A stretch of 64,000 bases of DNA, from contig OZ244587.1 of assembly GCA_965218095.1 (NCBI GenBank), forward strand, positions 3,968,001-4,032,000, read 5' to 3'. The notes below the pieces were generated by a model, which saw only the letters and a list, made by a program, of their open reading frames with translations, did not search any database and had not been told where the DNA came from. Both the position numbers and the translations under genes were made by a program. Each line of letters opens with the position of its first letter. The first letter of the stretch is position 1. Origin of the DNA: Candidatus Poribacteria bacterium. GTDB lineage: Bacteria; Poribacteria; WGA-4E; PCPOR2b. Positions 40,469 to 51,634 of the stretch are shown in pieces.

Positions 40469-42122
40469 CTACACCCCCGGACGTTTGAACCAACGCGGGC
40501 CCCGCGCCGTCGGTTCAAACGGATATTCCGGCCGGATCGGCGCTTCCCGTAGTGTTTTTTGCAGCCAGGTCCCTTCCAGCGCTTTCAAGCGGTTGCTCAT
40601 CAGCTCTCGGAGGTCTGCGGCAACCTCATGTCGAGCGTATACCAGACCTTTTATTTCTTCTTCCCTGACGGAGCCCCACAACACATCAATAACCTTTGAC
40701 GCAATTAGCATACTTCCCGCTGGCAGAATCACGTTCCACAAATAAGCCCACCAGGTGTGCGTGTACCAGACCGGCAACGCCCAGCCTCTCGCGTCTGCCA
40801 GGATCGCCGAGATCCCGTAAGCGAGTCCCACGAGGAGTCCGATGATGCCAGTGGCACGATGCACCCGTGTGAAAACCCCCATGAGAATAACGGTCATGAG
40901 GGGAACGGCAATCGCCCCAGCCAAACGCAGATAGAACGCCACCATGCCTTCTTTGCTGAGAAACGGCACATACACAAACCCAAGCGCAATGATGAAGGGA
41001 ACCGTTATCCGGCCCACTCGGGTATAGTGAGCATCAGAACCATTCTTCACAATGAAACGGGCGTAAATATCGCGGACGAAAAGGCTTGAGATGCCGATGC
41101 CAATCGAATCGAAAGTGGAATACCCTCCAGCCACCAACCCCGCCAACACTAGCCCGATCAGCCCTGGTGGCAAATACTTCTTGACCATCAGGGGATATGC
41201 CTGGTCGCCAATCTCCAGCGCGGGAAAATCTGCTCGCGCCAACGGCCCCATGCTCACGTTGAACCAGAGGCAGATCGCCGTCGCGACGCTGGCGACCAGC
41301 GTCGCCATCTTGAAATCCCATTCGGAACGCGCTCCCAAAAAGCGAATGGCTTCGTACTGATTGATGAGCACATACGTTGTCAATACCACGATCCACCCGA
41401 AGACGACGAGAACGGGAGATACCCCGGGCTCCGTATATCCGCCCACATGCAGCAACGTCCTAGGCAAGTCGGTATCGATAGCGGCAAGTTTCTGATTTAG
41501 GCCGCCCCAGCCGCCGACATTCACCCACACCACGCCCCACAGCACGAAGGAAGCAACAATCATGGCGATGCTTTGGAGCGCGTCTGTAAAAACTCCTGCC
41601 GCCAAGCCGCCCCGGACGATGTACAGCACCGCCGTAAACGCCATCGCAACCACGATGGGCCAACTCCAGTTGCTGTCGACTTCCGCCACGATATTGAGTA
41701 CCAGGAACGTGGAAAAGAAGATATTGCCCAACACATTGGTCCGAGATTGAATATTAATCAAGACAGCTAAGAACCGAGCCCCTGGACCGAACCGAAATTC
41801 AAGCCACTCCGCGTTGGTGAATACCCCAGACCGATACATCGGGACAATGACGAAAAATTAGGATAAACCAGCCAACAGCGATTCCTAACCACCACTCGGT
41901 CAGTAGCGATAGTCCGAATTTATAGGCGCCTCCAGCGATGGCAACGTAATCGCCGGTGTCGATTGCAGTCGAAAAGGCGGATAGCCCAACAACCCACCAA
42001 GGTATAGATTTGGCGGCCAGATACCAGTCAAAACTCTCCCGCCGTCCCCTGAAAACAATGATTCCATACAGGACAATACCGCCGTTGATTGCTAGGACGA
42101 GCAGCCAGTCGATTAAGGTCAT
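40469..42122 (-). pseudogene. Sodium:solute symporter (SSS), frameshifted
   Basis: YLAAKSIPWW..GLS / T.AEWLE.RFG and GGL.A..FTD.LQ motifs; split near 41850. Confidence 0.8.
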
Positions 42123-42168
42123 AGAAGAACCTCCCTACGCTGCACTAAAGTGGTTAAGGAACTGAGCG

Positions 42169-43281
42169 CTAACAGACAACCGCCGCCGATACCGCATTGG
42201 AAACCCGCTGGAGCAAACTTCCATTATCCACCATCTGATTCGTCAAAATCACACACAGCAACTCCCGGTCAGGGTCGGCCCATGCCACCGTGCCAGTCGC
42301 GCCGGTGTGGCCAAAGGTCGCCGGGGAGACCAATTCACCGAAAAAGTTCCACACTTTTGAACCTGCCAACCCCCAGCCCAATCCCCAAGGCGCATTCAGC
42401 GTGCTGTTCTGGTCCGTTGTCATTGCCTTGACCGCAGCCGGACTGAAGACCTGTTTCCTGTCGTACGTACCACCGTTGAGCATAGTTTGCAACAGGATGG
42501 CTAGATCTGGAGCCGTGCTGTGCATCCCGCCCCACGGATTACCCAAATCCCGCCAGTAAGGGCTGTTTGGTCCAAAACGCTGCTGGTCTTCGGTCTCCTC
42601 TTTCGAGGTCCCACACCAAACCGTCTCAGGAATCTTAAATCTTCCCAGCCCCAGTGCGCTATTCTTCATTCCTAGCGGCTGGAAGATTTCTTCCGCCTCG
42701 AAATCCCGCAGGCGTTTTCCTGTAAGTCGCGCTACAATCTCCGACGCCAGCAGGATGCCTTTGCTCTGGTAGCTAAAATTTGTATTGGGTGAGTAAAGCA
42801 GCGGGGTTTGAGTCGCGTGACGGACGAACTCGTTTAACGGTGCGTGGGCGCGACGCAACTCCGTATTCTCAGGCAGCATGTCAGGCATGCCCGACGTGTG
42901 CGACAACAGATACCGGACCCGCACCTTGTCGCGTTCCCCGCCTTGAAACTCCGGCAAGTAAAGGGAGACCGAGTCATCAAGGGAGACTTGTCCCCGATCG
43001 ACCAGCAACATCAAGGCGCAAGCCGTGACCGGTTTGGTAATCGACGCCAGCAGGAAAACGGAGTCTGGCTTGACCGGGGGTGAATCCGCGTCAGGTGTCA
43101 GATGCCCATAGCCTTTTGAGTGGACGATTGTCTGGCTGCGAGCCAGCAGCAGCGCCGCCGCCGTAATCCGTCGGTTTTTGATTTCAGATTCAAGCATTGC
43201 TTCCGCCTGTGAAAGAGCTTCCTGAGACATTCCAACATCTGAGGCAGAACCTACCTTTAGTTTGGCGTGGATTGTTGACAT
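42169..43281 (-). CDS. Serine hydrolase, beta-lactamase class C family
   Basis: LASITK (SxxK), LLSHTSG, FSY and FGHTGATG motifs. Confidence 0.92.
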   Translation of the reverse strand: MSTIHAKLKVGSASDVGMSQEALSQAEAMLESEIKNRRITAAALLLARSQTIVHSKGYGHLTPDADSPPVKPDSVFLLASITKPVTACALMLLVDRGQVSLDDSVSLYLPEFQGGERDKVRVRYLLSHTSGMPDMLPENTELRRAHAPLNEFVRHATQTPLLYSPNTNFSYQSKGILLASEIVARLTGKRLRDFEAEEIFQPLGMKNSALGLGRFKIPETVWCGTSKEETEDQQRFGPNSPYWRDLGNPWGGMHSTAPDLAILLQTMLNGGTYDRKQVFSPAAVKAMTTDQNSTLNAPWGLGWGLAGSKVWNFFGELVSPATFGHTGATGTVAWADPDRELLCVILTNQMVDNGSLLQRVSNAVSAAVVC

Positions 43282-43477
43282 AGTTTACCTGATGATTTCC
43301 TTTCGTTGTTCTGTGCTAGCACCGAGCTTATGATACGAGTTTGTCACTTTCGGCGAGTGAAGTAAAAGATGATACCGGAGAGGAAACTGGGAACCCCATC
43401 TTGCCTACCCCTGTCAACATAGATAGCCACTTAGAGCCTTCATTGGCATTCGCGTGAGAAACTCGCACCAAAGGTTC

Positions 43478-44507
43478 TTATAAATACCAAGCCCGTGCCT
43501 CCATCAAAACTTCTCGCAGTCGCTTGCCGACAATCAGCTCTTCGCCCGGCTAAAGACTGAGAGAAAAAACCGTAAGTGGGCTGCCTTTTCGCTTGACCGG
43601 CTTCCCGTCAGGACCAACCGGCGGAAAGAATTCACGGACCCGCGTCACGTAGGGGTTGTAATTGCATAACACCGATATCGGCGGATTGCCTTCGCGCAAC
43701 TCGCGCTCACACTCGTCCGTGCCTAATCCAAGGGCCTCTTCATCCCAGCACACAACCAGTTGCATGAACCGGTTGCTGCCTGTGCGGACTTCAATCCTGG
43801 TTTTAACGCTGGGGACAGATTCCACGATAACCGCAATTCTTTCCGGCATCTCCGTTTGTTCTCGATACAGCGCATCAAGATCGATGGTCAGCCACTTTTC
43901 AAGCGCCGCCATGCAGCCGATAATCTCTTCCTTGCCGACTTTCATTGCACGGCACACCGCGCCTTCAACGGGAGCTGCATTGGCGAGCGCTGCATCGATT
44001 AAGTCCGCCCCAGTAACAGCTAGCTGGTCTGGGGACCGCGTAACCCTTTACCGCCGCTAAACCCATATAAGTCCAAAGTCCACACCCATAGGCGGATATC
44101 TTCGGATATTGTCGATCGGTGGGATGCCGCCGGCCGCGTCAACAAATACGGGGACACCTGAAGATTTGCAGATCGATACCATCTCCGTCAACGGAGGCGG
44201 ATTAACCGGGTCTGGGTCAGCGGGGTATCCCGTGTAAAGCATGGCGGTCTCTCTGTTGATAGCGCTGCGGAGTTCATCCAGGGTGTTGACGACCACCGGC
44301 ACCCCGCTGCAGTTCGACTACGTCAACCATGTAATGCGACGCTTCCTCAATAGCACGGTGCACCTCCGGCCACACCACTGTAGCGCTCAAAAAGGTGAAC
44401 GGAAGGTTCGCATTGATGAACGGCTTGACTCCCAGACGGATGTAAACGTTGTCATCGAAGCTATGGTCTGTTGCCTCTGCATCCGTTCGCTTGGTTTGGC
44501 GATTCAT
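43478..44507 (-). pseudogene. Second SelA-like PLP enzyme, fragmented
   Basis: VYIRLGVKPFINA, VDAAG, SGGK remnant, CRAMKVGKEEI and PGEELIV. Confidence 0.75.
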
Positions 44508-44717
44508 TCAGAGCTCCTTATCCATCTGCATTTTGAGTTGATGCATCCCTGTCATCCTGAATAGAGTGAGGGATCTCCTTTAACCAAGACTCTTCGCTTC
44601 GAGAGTGACATTATACGCATTCTCAAATCTGTGTCAATAAGAAAATGCAGCACATGGGTATCCATCTCGAACCTGCGGAAGGTTGAGGCGGATTGGGGAA
44701 AAGGGTCACAATTTTGA

Positions 44718-44746
44718 TTGACAAAATATATCGGTCGTGATAAGTT
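44718..44746 (+). promoter_or_regulatory. Sigma70-like promoter
   Basis: TTGACA-17 bp-TAAGTT with an extended -10 TG. Confidence 0.55.
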
Positions 44747-44924
44747 ACATCGTATCAGGGGGGAATTGGTGTGATTAATCGAAATCGGGAGACACTAAAA
44801 TCCAAAATAGAGTAGTTGGACAAAATTATCTCAACCCTTCATACCAATGGCATCGGCATCTTGATGACGAGTGACGAGCAGTTATCACTTGTCACTCCAA
44901 ATCAAAAAAGGAGAGTGAATAGCA

Positions 44925-45266
44925 ATGACGACGGATATATATGTCATATGGCTCTCACAAGGAGAGAGTGTAAGCGGAGATCTGGAACGTATTCTCGATC
45001 CAGTGGATATGGCAAGCATCGGCCACTTTACTGTGTCGAAAGCGCAACCAACGGAGCTACACTATCACGATTACGATGAGTATTGGTACTTTATTGAGGG
45101 CACAACCACTGTCATGCTGCGTACCCCTGATGGTGCGAGTAAATCGTATTGGATTGGGCCGGGCGATTTGATTGTGACTCCCAAAGGTGTTGAACACAGG
45201 CACCTCCCCGATGACGCCGTAAAAGGGGTTCAATGGGTCAGCGTGATCGAACCGAATGCCCGTTGA
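44925..45266 (+). CDS. Cupin domain protein
   Basis: HYHDYDEYWY..G and PGD...PKGVEH motifs; the stop may be premature (GHLHRE* follows in frame). Confidence 0.8.
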   Translation: MTTDIYVIWLSQGESVSGDLERILDPVDMASIGHFTVSKAQPTELHYHDYDEYWYFIEGTTTVMLRTPDGASKSYWIGPGDLIVTPKGVEHRHLPDDAVKGVQWVSVIEPNAR

Positions 45267-45455
45267 GGGCACTTACACCGAGAATAAGCAAATCCGTGAA
45301 TGGGCAAAGATAGATGAGTATGGTAGGACGATGGGTTCATCAGTTCATGAGTTCATTTACATTTCACGTTTTACGCATTACGTTTTATACGCTGTGATGA
45401 AAACGTGAGCAGTTACGGTATTTATGCTCAAACTATATTTACACGAGGAGCACTC

Positions 45456-46352
45456 ATGTCAACACAACACGCAACAATACCCCGCCGTCGATTGGGGCGT
45501 ACCGGTTTAGAAGTGACTGCACTCAGTATGGGGGGTGCAGGAATCGGGAGAGGAGGTGTCACCGACGACGAAGCAGTCGAGGCTGTGCATCGAGCAATAG
45601 AGTTAGGAATCAACTACCTTGACACCGCACCGTTGTATGGTGACTGCGAAAGCGAAAGACGAGTGGGACTTGCGCTGACTGGCAGCTGGCGTGAGAAGAT
45701 CTATCTTGCCACCAAGACAGGAACCCATCCAGAATGGCGAGGCAACTTTTCTGCCTCAACAACGCGGAGAAGCATCGAAAATAGTCTCCATCTGTTGGGT
45801 ACGGACTATCTGGATGTATGCCTCGTTCATGACCCAAGCAGCATGGAGCCTGTGATTGCGAAGGACGGGGCGTTCGAGGAGTTACAGCACATGCGTGAAG
45901 AAGGATTGGTGCGCTTTATAGGGCTTGGCGTCCGTGAACATGAGTTTCATCGCATCGCTATCGAAACCGGCGTCGTGGACGTCATCCTGACTCATTTCGA
46001 CTACACGCTGCTTCGCCAGACCGCTGCTGAGAGTTTGCTGCCTTTGGCAGCAGAGCACGACATCGGCGTCATCAACGGCAGCCCAATTGCAATGGGACTG
46101 CTTTCAGGCGTTGAACCGGATCCCAGACCGGCTGAAGGGCAACGGGCGTACCAACTCTGGAAGTGGGCAAAAGAGAACGATCTGAATCTGCTTAACCTTG
46201 CAATCCAATTCTGCCTCCGCCAGTCACTCATCCATGTCAACCTCACCGGCTCCAAAGACGCAACAGAGGTTGAGCAGAACTTTGCTGCAGCGACGACGCC
46301 GGTTCCGGAGGAAATTTGGGAAAAATTAGCGGCTGTGATGCGCGATCTGTAG
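45456..46352 (+). CDS. Aldo/keto reductase
   Basis: LGRTGLEV..L.MG, NYLDTAPLYG, ATK and LGTDYLD motifs; RBS GAGGAG. Confidence 0.92.
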   Translation: MSTQHATIPRRRLGRTGLEVTALSMGGAGIGRGGVTDDEAVEAVHRAIELGINYLDTAPLYGDCESERRVGLALTGSWREKIYLATKTGTHPEWRGNFSASTTRRSIENSLHLLGTDYLDVCLVHDPSSMEPVIAKDGAFEELQHMREEGLVRFIGLGVREHEFHRIAIETGVVDVILTHFDYTLLRQTAAESLLPLAAEHDIGVINGSPIAMGLLSGVEPDPRPAEGQRAYQLWKWAKENDLNLLNLAIQFCLRQSLIHVNLTGSKDATEVEQNFAAATTPVPEEIWEKLAAVMRDL

Positions 46353-46374
46353 AACGTACTGCTTTCATTTGCAT

Positions 46375-47316
46375 TTATTCTGTTTTTTCACCCTGCCGTA
46401 GTGAGACATAACTCCGATAGCGAACCGGGCTAATCTCACCTTTGCTGACAGCCTCGATAACCGCACAACCGGGCTCAGACAGGTGGACGCAATCGTTGTA
46501 TTTGCATTCACCAAGGTAGCGCTCCAATTCTGGGAAATACAGGTCGAGATTTTCGGTATCAACGCCCCACAAGCCAACCTCTCGAATACCCGGCGTATCT
46601 GCAACGTTGCCACCACATTCTAAGTGAAAGAGTTCAACCAGCGTCGTTGTATGCCGCCCTTTTCCTGTTTTCAGTCCCACTTCAGCGACGCGCAAGCCCA
46701 GGCCCGGCTGAACGGCATTCAGGAGGCTCGACTTCCCAACCCCCGACGCGCCAACGATAACACTGAATTTATCCTTCAGCACCTGCCAGAGATCATCAAT
46801 GCTTTGCGGGGCTTTGATACTCGTAAAAATCACCTGGTATCCGAGTTGCTCGTAGGCACTCAGGATGGATCTCAACTTTCGCCGTTCAGCCGAATCGATG
46901 AGATCGGTTTTATTCAGGCAGACAACGGCATCCATCTCCCCCGCTTCCGCTAAGATCAGGAATCGATCCAGGAAGCGAAAGTTGAGGTCAGGCAAACGGG
47001 TCGAGAGGACAGCGACCACCTGATCGGCATTGGCGACGACAATCTGCTCAATTTCCTCACGCTTGCCAGGGTATTTGCGCGAGAATTTTGTTCGACGCGG
47101 CAGAATTTCCTCAATGACGCCCTCCCCGTCATCAATCTGCGCGAAGATCACTTCATCACCGACAGCGACGGGGTCTGCATAGATCTGCCTGCCTTCCTCA
47201 GATCGCAGTTTACGCTTAACCCGCCCGCGGAGCGTACAGCGAAATACCGCGTCGCTGTGTTGTACATCATAGAAGCTTGTTCGGGCTCGAATGACTTGTC
47301 CTTGTATCTTTTTCAT
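46375..47316 (-). CDS. rsgA: Ribosome small subunit-dependent GTPase A
   Basis: NKTD, GASGVGKSS, GRHTT and DTPG motifs plus the CKYNDCVHLSEPGC zinc finger. Confidence 0.95.
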   Translation of the reverse strand: MKKIQGQVIRARTSFYDVQHSDAVFRCTLRGRVKRKLRSEEGRQIYADPVAVGDEVIFAQIDDGEGVIEEILPRRTKFSRKYPGKREEIEQIVVANADQVVAVLSTRLPDLNFRFLDRFLILAEAGEMDAVVCLNKTDLIDSAERRKLRSILSAYEQLGYQVIFTSIKAPQSIDDLWQVLKDKFSVIVGASGVGKSSLLNAVQPGLGLRVAEVGLKTGKGRHTTTLVELFHLECGGNVADTPGIREVGLWGVDTENLDLYFPELERYLGECKYNDCVHLSEPGCAVIEAVSKGEISPVRYRSYVSLRQGEKTE

Positions 47317-47370
47317 ACCAAGTAAAACGTAAGAGGTAATAGAATTCCGCTTACCCGGACACAAGCCACA

Positions 47371-48141
47371 TCACGAGATATAGGCTTGCATCGTTTGCAA
47401 CGCAGTCTCCACGTCGCGATCAAAATCATCAAAACTGCACTCGCAGGAGACTCGACCATCGTAGCCAGCCTGCTGAAGCGCAGCGAAGAAATCAGTGAAA
47501 TCGAAGTCATCGTTCCCCAGATAAGATCGCTTGACTGGCTCGGCGATGTGGACATGCTCCAACCACTCCGCCGCGTCGAGGATGTTTTGCATCGGCTCAT
47601 CTTCTTGCCAGACGTGGTAGAGGTCTGCCAGCAGTTTAATCCCTTCACGATTCACCTGTTGCGCCATCGCCAATCCATCGGCGACGGTTCGGATGATATT
47701 CCCTTCCCGATGACAAATCGGCTCAATCACGATTGTGATGCCGTTTGCTTCCGCGTGGTCGGCAGCCATGTCCAGAAATTCCGCGATCTGATCCAACGCC
47801 CTCTCGTGTGAATAACCTTCCTCGACATCGCGCGAGCCGCTGCTCCCGTAGACAATGATCTCTCCGCCGATCTCCTTTGCACGACGGCAAGCGGTTTCAA
47901 CATAACGCGACAATCGTGGAGAATCAACGGAATCCCCAACAACGCGTAGATCGCCGGGAATGAAGCCCGCGTAAGCCTCGGGGTTCAAGGAAGCCTGTGC
48001 CACGCGATTACGAATCCTCTGAAACTCTGCATCACTTTCTTCAGGAATGAGCGTGTTTCTCACCCCCAATTCAATGTAGTCGTAGCCGACTGCTGTAAGC
48101 CGATCAATTTTTTCGAGTGGAGCGCACACGCCAAATCTCAT
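47371..48141 (-). CDS. Sugar phosphate isomerase/epimerase
   Basis: GYDYIE, IVIEP, DLYH, HVHIAE and SCE motifs. Confidence 0.88.
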   Translation of the reverse strand: MRFGVCAPLEKIDRLTAVGYDYIELGVRNTLIPEESDAEFQRIRNRVAQASLNPEAYAGFIPGDLRVVGDSVDSPRLSRYVETACRRAKEIGGEIIVYGSSGSRDVEEGYSHERALDQIAEFLDMAADHAEANGITIVIEPICHREGNIIRTVADGLAMAQQVNREGIKLLADLYHVWQEDEPMQNILDAAEWLEHVHIAEPVKRSYLGNDDFDFTDFFAALQQAGYDGRVSCECSFDDFDRDVETALQTMQAYIS

Positions 48142-48450
48142 TTGCCTTTTCCTTCCTTTACCAAATGGTCTAAGATGGTATCGATCAACGAAATAAGGAT
48201 TGCGGCAAAAATTGTGTTGATAAAGCCGTCGATCGTGAATCCTGCGATAAGCCAGTCTGTGATCCAAAGCAGAAAACCGTTAATCACGAACCAGAATAAT
48301 CCAAGCGTCACCACCATCAAGGGCAATGCAAGCAAAGCAAGAATGCCCCGAAACAGTGTTTTCAGGATGCCGTAGACGACAGCAGCCACCACCGCAATCC
48401 AGAGGCTATCGATCTTACGGACGATAGGGTCCACGTCACGATAAAAACTG
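48138..48450 (-). pseudogene. Phage-holin-family (DUF360/YvlD-like) membrane protein, N-terminus missing
   Basis: LPLMVVTLGLFWFVINGFLL...GFTIDGF..IFAAILISLI. Confidence 0.7.
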
Positions 48451-48731
48451 AAGCCGTGCGAAGAAACAGCCCTAAAAGTAGGTTTCGCATAAATTGATCT
48501 CCATCTCAAGTTGTTCAATTTGTTCTCTGAAATCTTGCGTGAAAACTGCAGATTCCTGTGGATGGGTATATTCGCATCTCATCGTCTCTAACTCTTCACG
48601 CAGTATTTTGAGCCATCGCTGAGAAGTCTTGAATCTCAAGGCCATTTCCTTCTTGCAATGGATTTCCGAGATCGATTGACTATTATAGCCAGTTAAGCTC
48701 ATCATGTCAAGCTAACGGGTCAAAAGCGCGG

Positions 48732-49334
48732 TTATAATGACAACTGAAGCACTATCACTGTATTGACGACAGCGATCGGTGCGGCGACAATAGTTTGAAG
48801 GAACGTGTGTCTTTTCCGGTGCACCCTTGCCCACCCAATCAACGGCAACAGGATGAACAACCAAGCAAACTGGATACTGATTAATGTCGTAAGTGCTGTC
48901 ATACACCCCGCGGCAACCCCACTGTGGAAACTGATTTTCCACGCCTGTGTAATTAAGGTAAACACAACCCCGTTAATGGCGCAGGCAATGCAGAGCCAGA
49001 CAATCTTTGGTGGTGCATGGAGGAGGTGTAAAATGCCGCTGCCGACAAGGGCACTCACAAGCGAAAACATCAGGGGTTTGGCGCGCTGTTCTCTAACAGT
49101 CAAGCGAACATCGCTCAGTTGCCCCAAACGAAAAAGTATCAAGATAAAGAGGATTGGCAGCACACTGGAAAACAGTATGACAATCAGCATCCACAAAAAC
49201 CCCTGCTGCATCGTCGCGACGGACATACGGACGATTAGCAGGATTGACGCAATCGGCAATAGGAATGGACTGAAGAGCACGGATATAGTAACAGCAATTC
49301 GATCGAGCATTTGTGTGTTTAGCGCATGACGCAT
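48732..49334 (-). CDS. PAP2-related membrane protein
   Basis: REQR..P, WKISFH and WARV..RHT motifs; multiple TM helices. Confidence 0.75.
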   Translation of the reverse strand: MRHALNTQMLDRIAVTISVLFSPFLLPIASILLIVRMSVATMQQGFLWMLIVILFSSVLPILFILILFRLGQLSDVRLTVREQRAKPLMFSLVSALVGSGILHLLHAPPKIVWLCIACAINGVVFTLITQAWKISFHSGVAAGCMTALTTLISIQFAWLFILLPLIGWARVHRKRHTFLQTIVAAPIAVVNTVIVLQLSL

Positions 49335-49356
49335 TATTTTAGAGTCAGAACCGGTA

Positions 49357-49749
49357 TCAGGCGTGATTGACTATTTCTGACGATTTATGCCGATTCCAAC
49401 GAATCTTCCCACGATTCCATTCTTGATAGATTAGGAAAGCACCCAATGCCAACAATCCGTGGTGGAGTACCCTCGTGACCAATTTATACAGCATCACGAA
49501 CTGCCCGAGTGTCACGCGTTGAGTCAGCCAATTATCCAGTTCACCGCTGCCCCACTGGTCTATGTATAGACTAAAAACAAGGCTTGAAATCAAGCCGAAG
49601 GTCGAAGGAAAAACAAGCACAGCTGTGATAATTATCAAACCCTTTGAGCGTATACGGATACATAGCAATATCAACAAACCTGTGAATACTAACGTTAGGA
49701 CCAAAGTAATACCTAAAAGTGTGTATTGTACAAAATCAAACATCGGCAA
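49357..49749 (-). CDS. Hypothetical membrane protein
   Basis: Three hydrophobic segments; RBS GAGGAGG. Confidence 0.6.
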   Translation of the reverse strand: MPMFDFVQYTLLGITLVLTLVFTGLLILLCIRIRSKGLIIITAVLVFPSTFGLISSLVFSLYIDQWGSGELDNWLTQRVTLGQFVMLYKLVTRVLHHGLLALGAFLIYQEWNRGKIRWNRHKSSEIVNHA

Positions 49750-49839
49750 ACCCTCCTCGCTTTTTCGTACATTACGAAAGCATATTATCTATTGTATCAT
49801 ATCATCAGCCTCCGTGCACATCAAATGCGCTGTTTTCCC

Positions 49840-49868
49840 TTGACACACCCCTTCATTTCTGCGACAAT
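49840..49868 (+). promoter_or_regulatory. Sigma70-like promoter of the dpp genes
   Basis: TTGACA-17 bp-GACAAT with an extended -10 TG. Confidence 0.55.
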
Positions 49869-49954
49869 ACTTTGATAGAAGCCTATATGCTGAAGGCTCA
49901 CTAAATTGTTAATACCGTTAGACTTCAATTATATCAATCTAGGAGTGGCTTTAC

Positions 49955-51529
49955 ATGAAACGACCATATCAATACATCTTTGCAATTTTTTTGTTTTTAA
50001 TATCTTCTGTCTATGTTGCTGACGCCAAAGTAATTGGCGGCACACTGATTTTTGGGCGCGGCGGTGATTCCGTTGGACTCGATCCTGCCCACGAAGAGGA
50101 TGGCGAATCCTTCAAGGTTTGTGAGAATATCTACGATCGGCTGGTACAATACAAAGACGAGAGCACGGAGGTCGAACCGGCGTTGGCGGAATCGTGGGAA
50201 TCATCGGAGGATGGGTTGACGTGGTGGTTCTATCTTCGCAAAGGCGTCAAGTTCCACGATGGCACACCCTTCAACGCGAACGCGGTGCTGTTCTCTCTCA
50301 ACCGACAGCACGATTCAAACCACCCCTTCCACAACGTCGGCGGTCCCTACATCTACTGGTCGGACACCGGGCTTGCAGAAATCGTGGATGAAATCACTGC
50401 GCCGGATGCGTACACCGTCCAGATCGCCCTCAAACGCCCGTACGCCCCTTTTATCTACACCATCGCGATGACGCCTTTTTCGATTGTCAGCCCAACCGCT
50501 CTCCAGAAATGGAAGGAGGATTTTACAAATCACCCTGTCGGCACGGGACCGTTCAAGTTTGCACGTTGGGACCGTGGGGATAAGGTCGTCTTGGAAGTGA
50601 ACAAAGACTATTGGGGGGGGCGTCCGCCGCTTGACCGCATTATCTTTCGATCCATCCCCGACAATTCGGTACGCCTTATCGAGTTGCAAAACGGAAGCAT
50701 CCACGCAATGGAATTTCCGAATCCGGATGACCTGCCCCAAATCCGTTCAGACTCCCAACTTAGAATTATCGAGCAACCCGGCATGAACGTCGGTTATCTT
50801 GCCATGAATCTGGATAAAAAGCCTTTCGACAATCTCAAGGTTCGCCTTGCCGTCAACCACGCAATCAACAAGCACCAGATCATCACACAGCTTTATCAAG
50901 GCATGGGCATCCCCGCCAAAAACCCCATCCCCCCGACAATGTGGAGCTATGATGACTCGATTGAGGAGTACACCTACAATCTAGCAAAGGCGAGAGCGTT
51001 ACTCACAGAGGCAGGTTACCCAAACGGCTTCGATACAACGCTGTGGGCATTGCCCGTACCACGCTCTTACATCCCCGATGGGAGTGCCCTTGCCGCGGCC
51101 ATTCAATCGGATTTGCGCCGCGTTGGAATCAAGGCACAGATCGTGACCCGCGATTGGGGGACGTATCTGGAGAAAACCAAAAATGGCGAGCACGACATGG
51201 CAATGCTCGGCTGGTCAGCCGATCTCGGCGATCCGGACAACTTCTTTTACTATCTCTTGAGTAAGGAGGCGGCGAAAAAACCGGCGGGGAATATCGCATT
51301 TTATCGGAGTGATGAAATGCAGGATACCCTTGTTCAGGCACAGTCAATCACCGACCAAGCCAAGCGAATCGAGCTATACAAAAAAGCCCAGGCGCTCTTT
51401 CACCGTGATGTCCCCTGGGTCCCACTCGCACACGCTAAACAGATCGTGATTATCAACAACCAGATCAAGAATCTCAAACTCCATCCGACGACATGGAAGT
51501 ATTTTCGGCAGATCTGGCTTGAGGAATGA
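49955..51529 (+). CDS. dppA: Dipeptide ABC transporter substrate-binding protein
   Basis: Signal peptide; LDPA, PALAESW, LRKGVKFHDGTPF, PVGTGPFKF and GWSAD.GDPDNF motifs. Confidence 0.9.
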   Translation: MKRPYQYIFAIFLFLISSVYVADAKVIGGTLIFGRGGDSVGLDPAHEEDGESFKVCENIYDRLVQYKDESTEVEPALAESWESSEDGLTWWFYLRKGVKFHDGTPFNANAVLFSLNRQHDSNHPFHNVGGPYIYWSDTGLAEIVDEITAPDAYTVQIALKRPYAPFIYTIAMTPFSIVSPTALQKWKEDFTNHPVGTGPFKFARWDRGDKVVLEVNKDYWGGRPPLDRIIFRSIPDNSVRLIELQNGSIHAMEFPNPDDLPQIRSDSQLRIIEQPGMNVGYLAMNLDKKPFDNLKVRLAVNHAINKHQIITQLYQGMGIPAKNPIPPTMWSYDDSIEEYTYNLAKARALLTEAGYPNGFDTTLWALPVPRSYIPDGSALAAAIQSDLRRVGIKAQIVTRDWGTYLEKTKNGEHDMAMLGWSADLGDPDNFFYYLLSKEAAKKPAGNIAFYRSDEMQDTLVQAQSITDQAKRIELYKKAQALFHRDVPWVPLAHAKQIVIINNQIKNLKLHPTTWKYFRQIWLEE

Positions 51530-51634
51530 AGCGTGAAACGTGATGCATGGGATTCTTTACGTTTCAGGTACGGAGATTCTTCGCTACGCTCTATTAGACT
51601 TCCAAGAAACTACCCGCAATGAGTTCATAGCATC

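Noticed and set aside
42169-43281. Clinical beta-lactam resistance gene
   Set aside because: No signal peptide is evident; it is a generic class C-like serine hydrolase or esterase.
23693-45287. Stop-codon recoding (TAG readthrough or pyrrolysine) suggested by several in-frame TAGs
   Set aside because: In-frame TAA and TGA stops and frameshifts also occur, and intact genes end in TAG normally.
48138-48518. Prophage lysis module
   Set aside because: A lone truncated YvlD/DUF360-type gene, common on chromosomes; there are no phage genes nearby.
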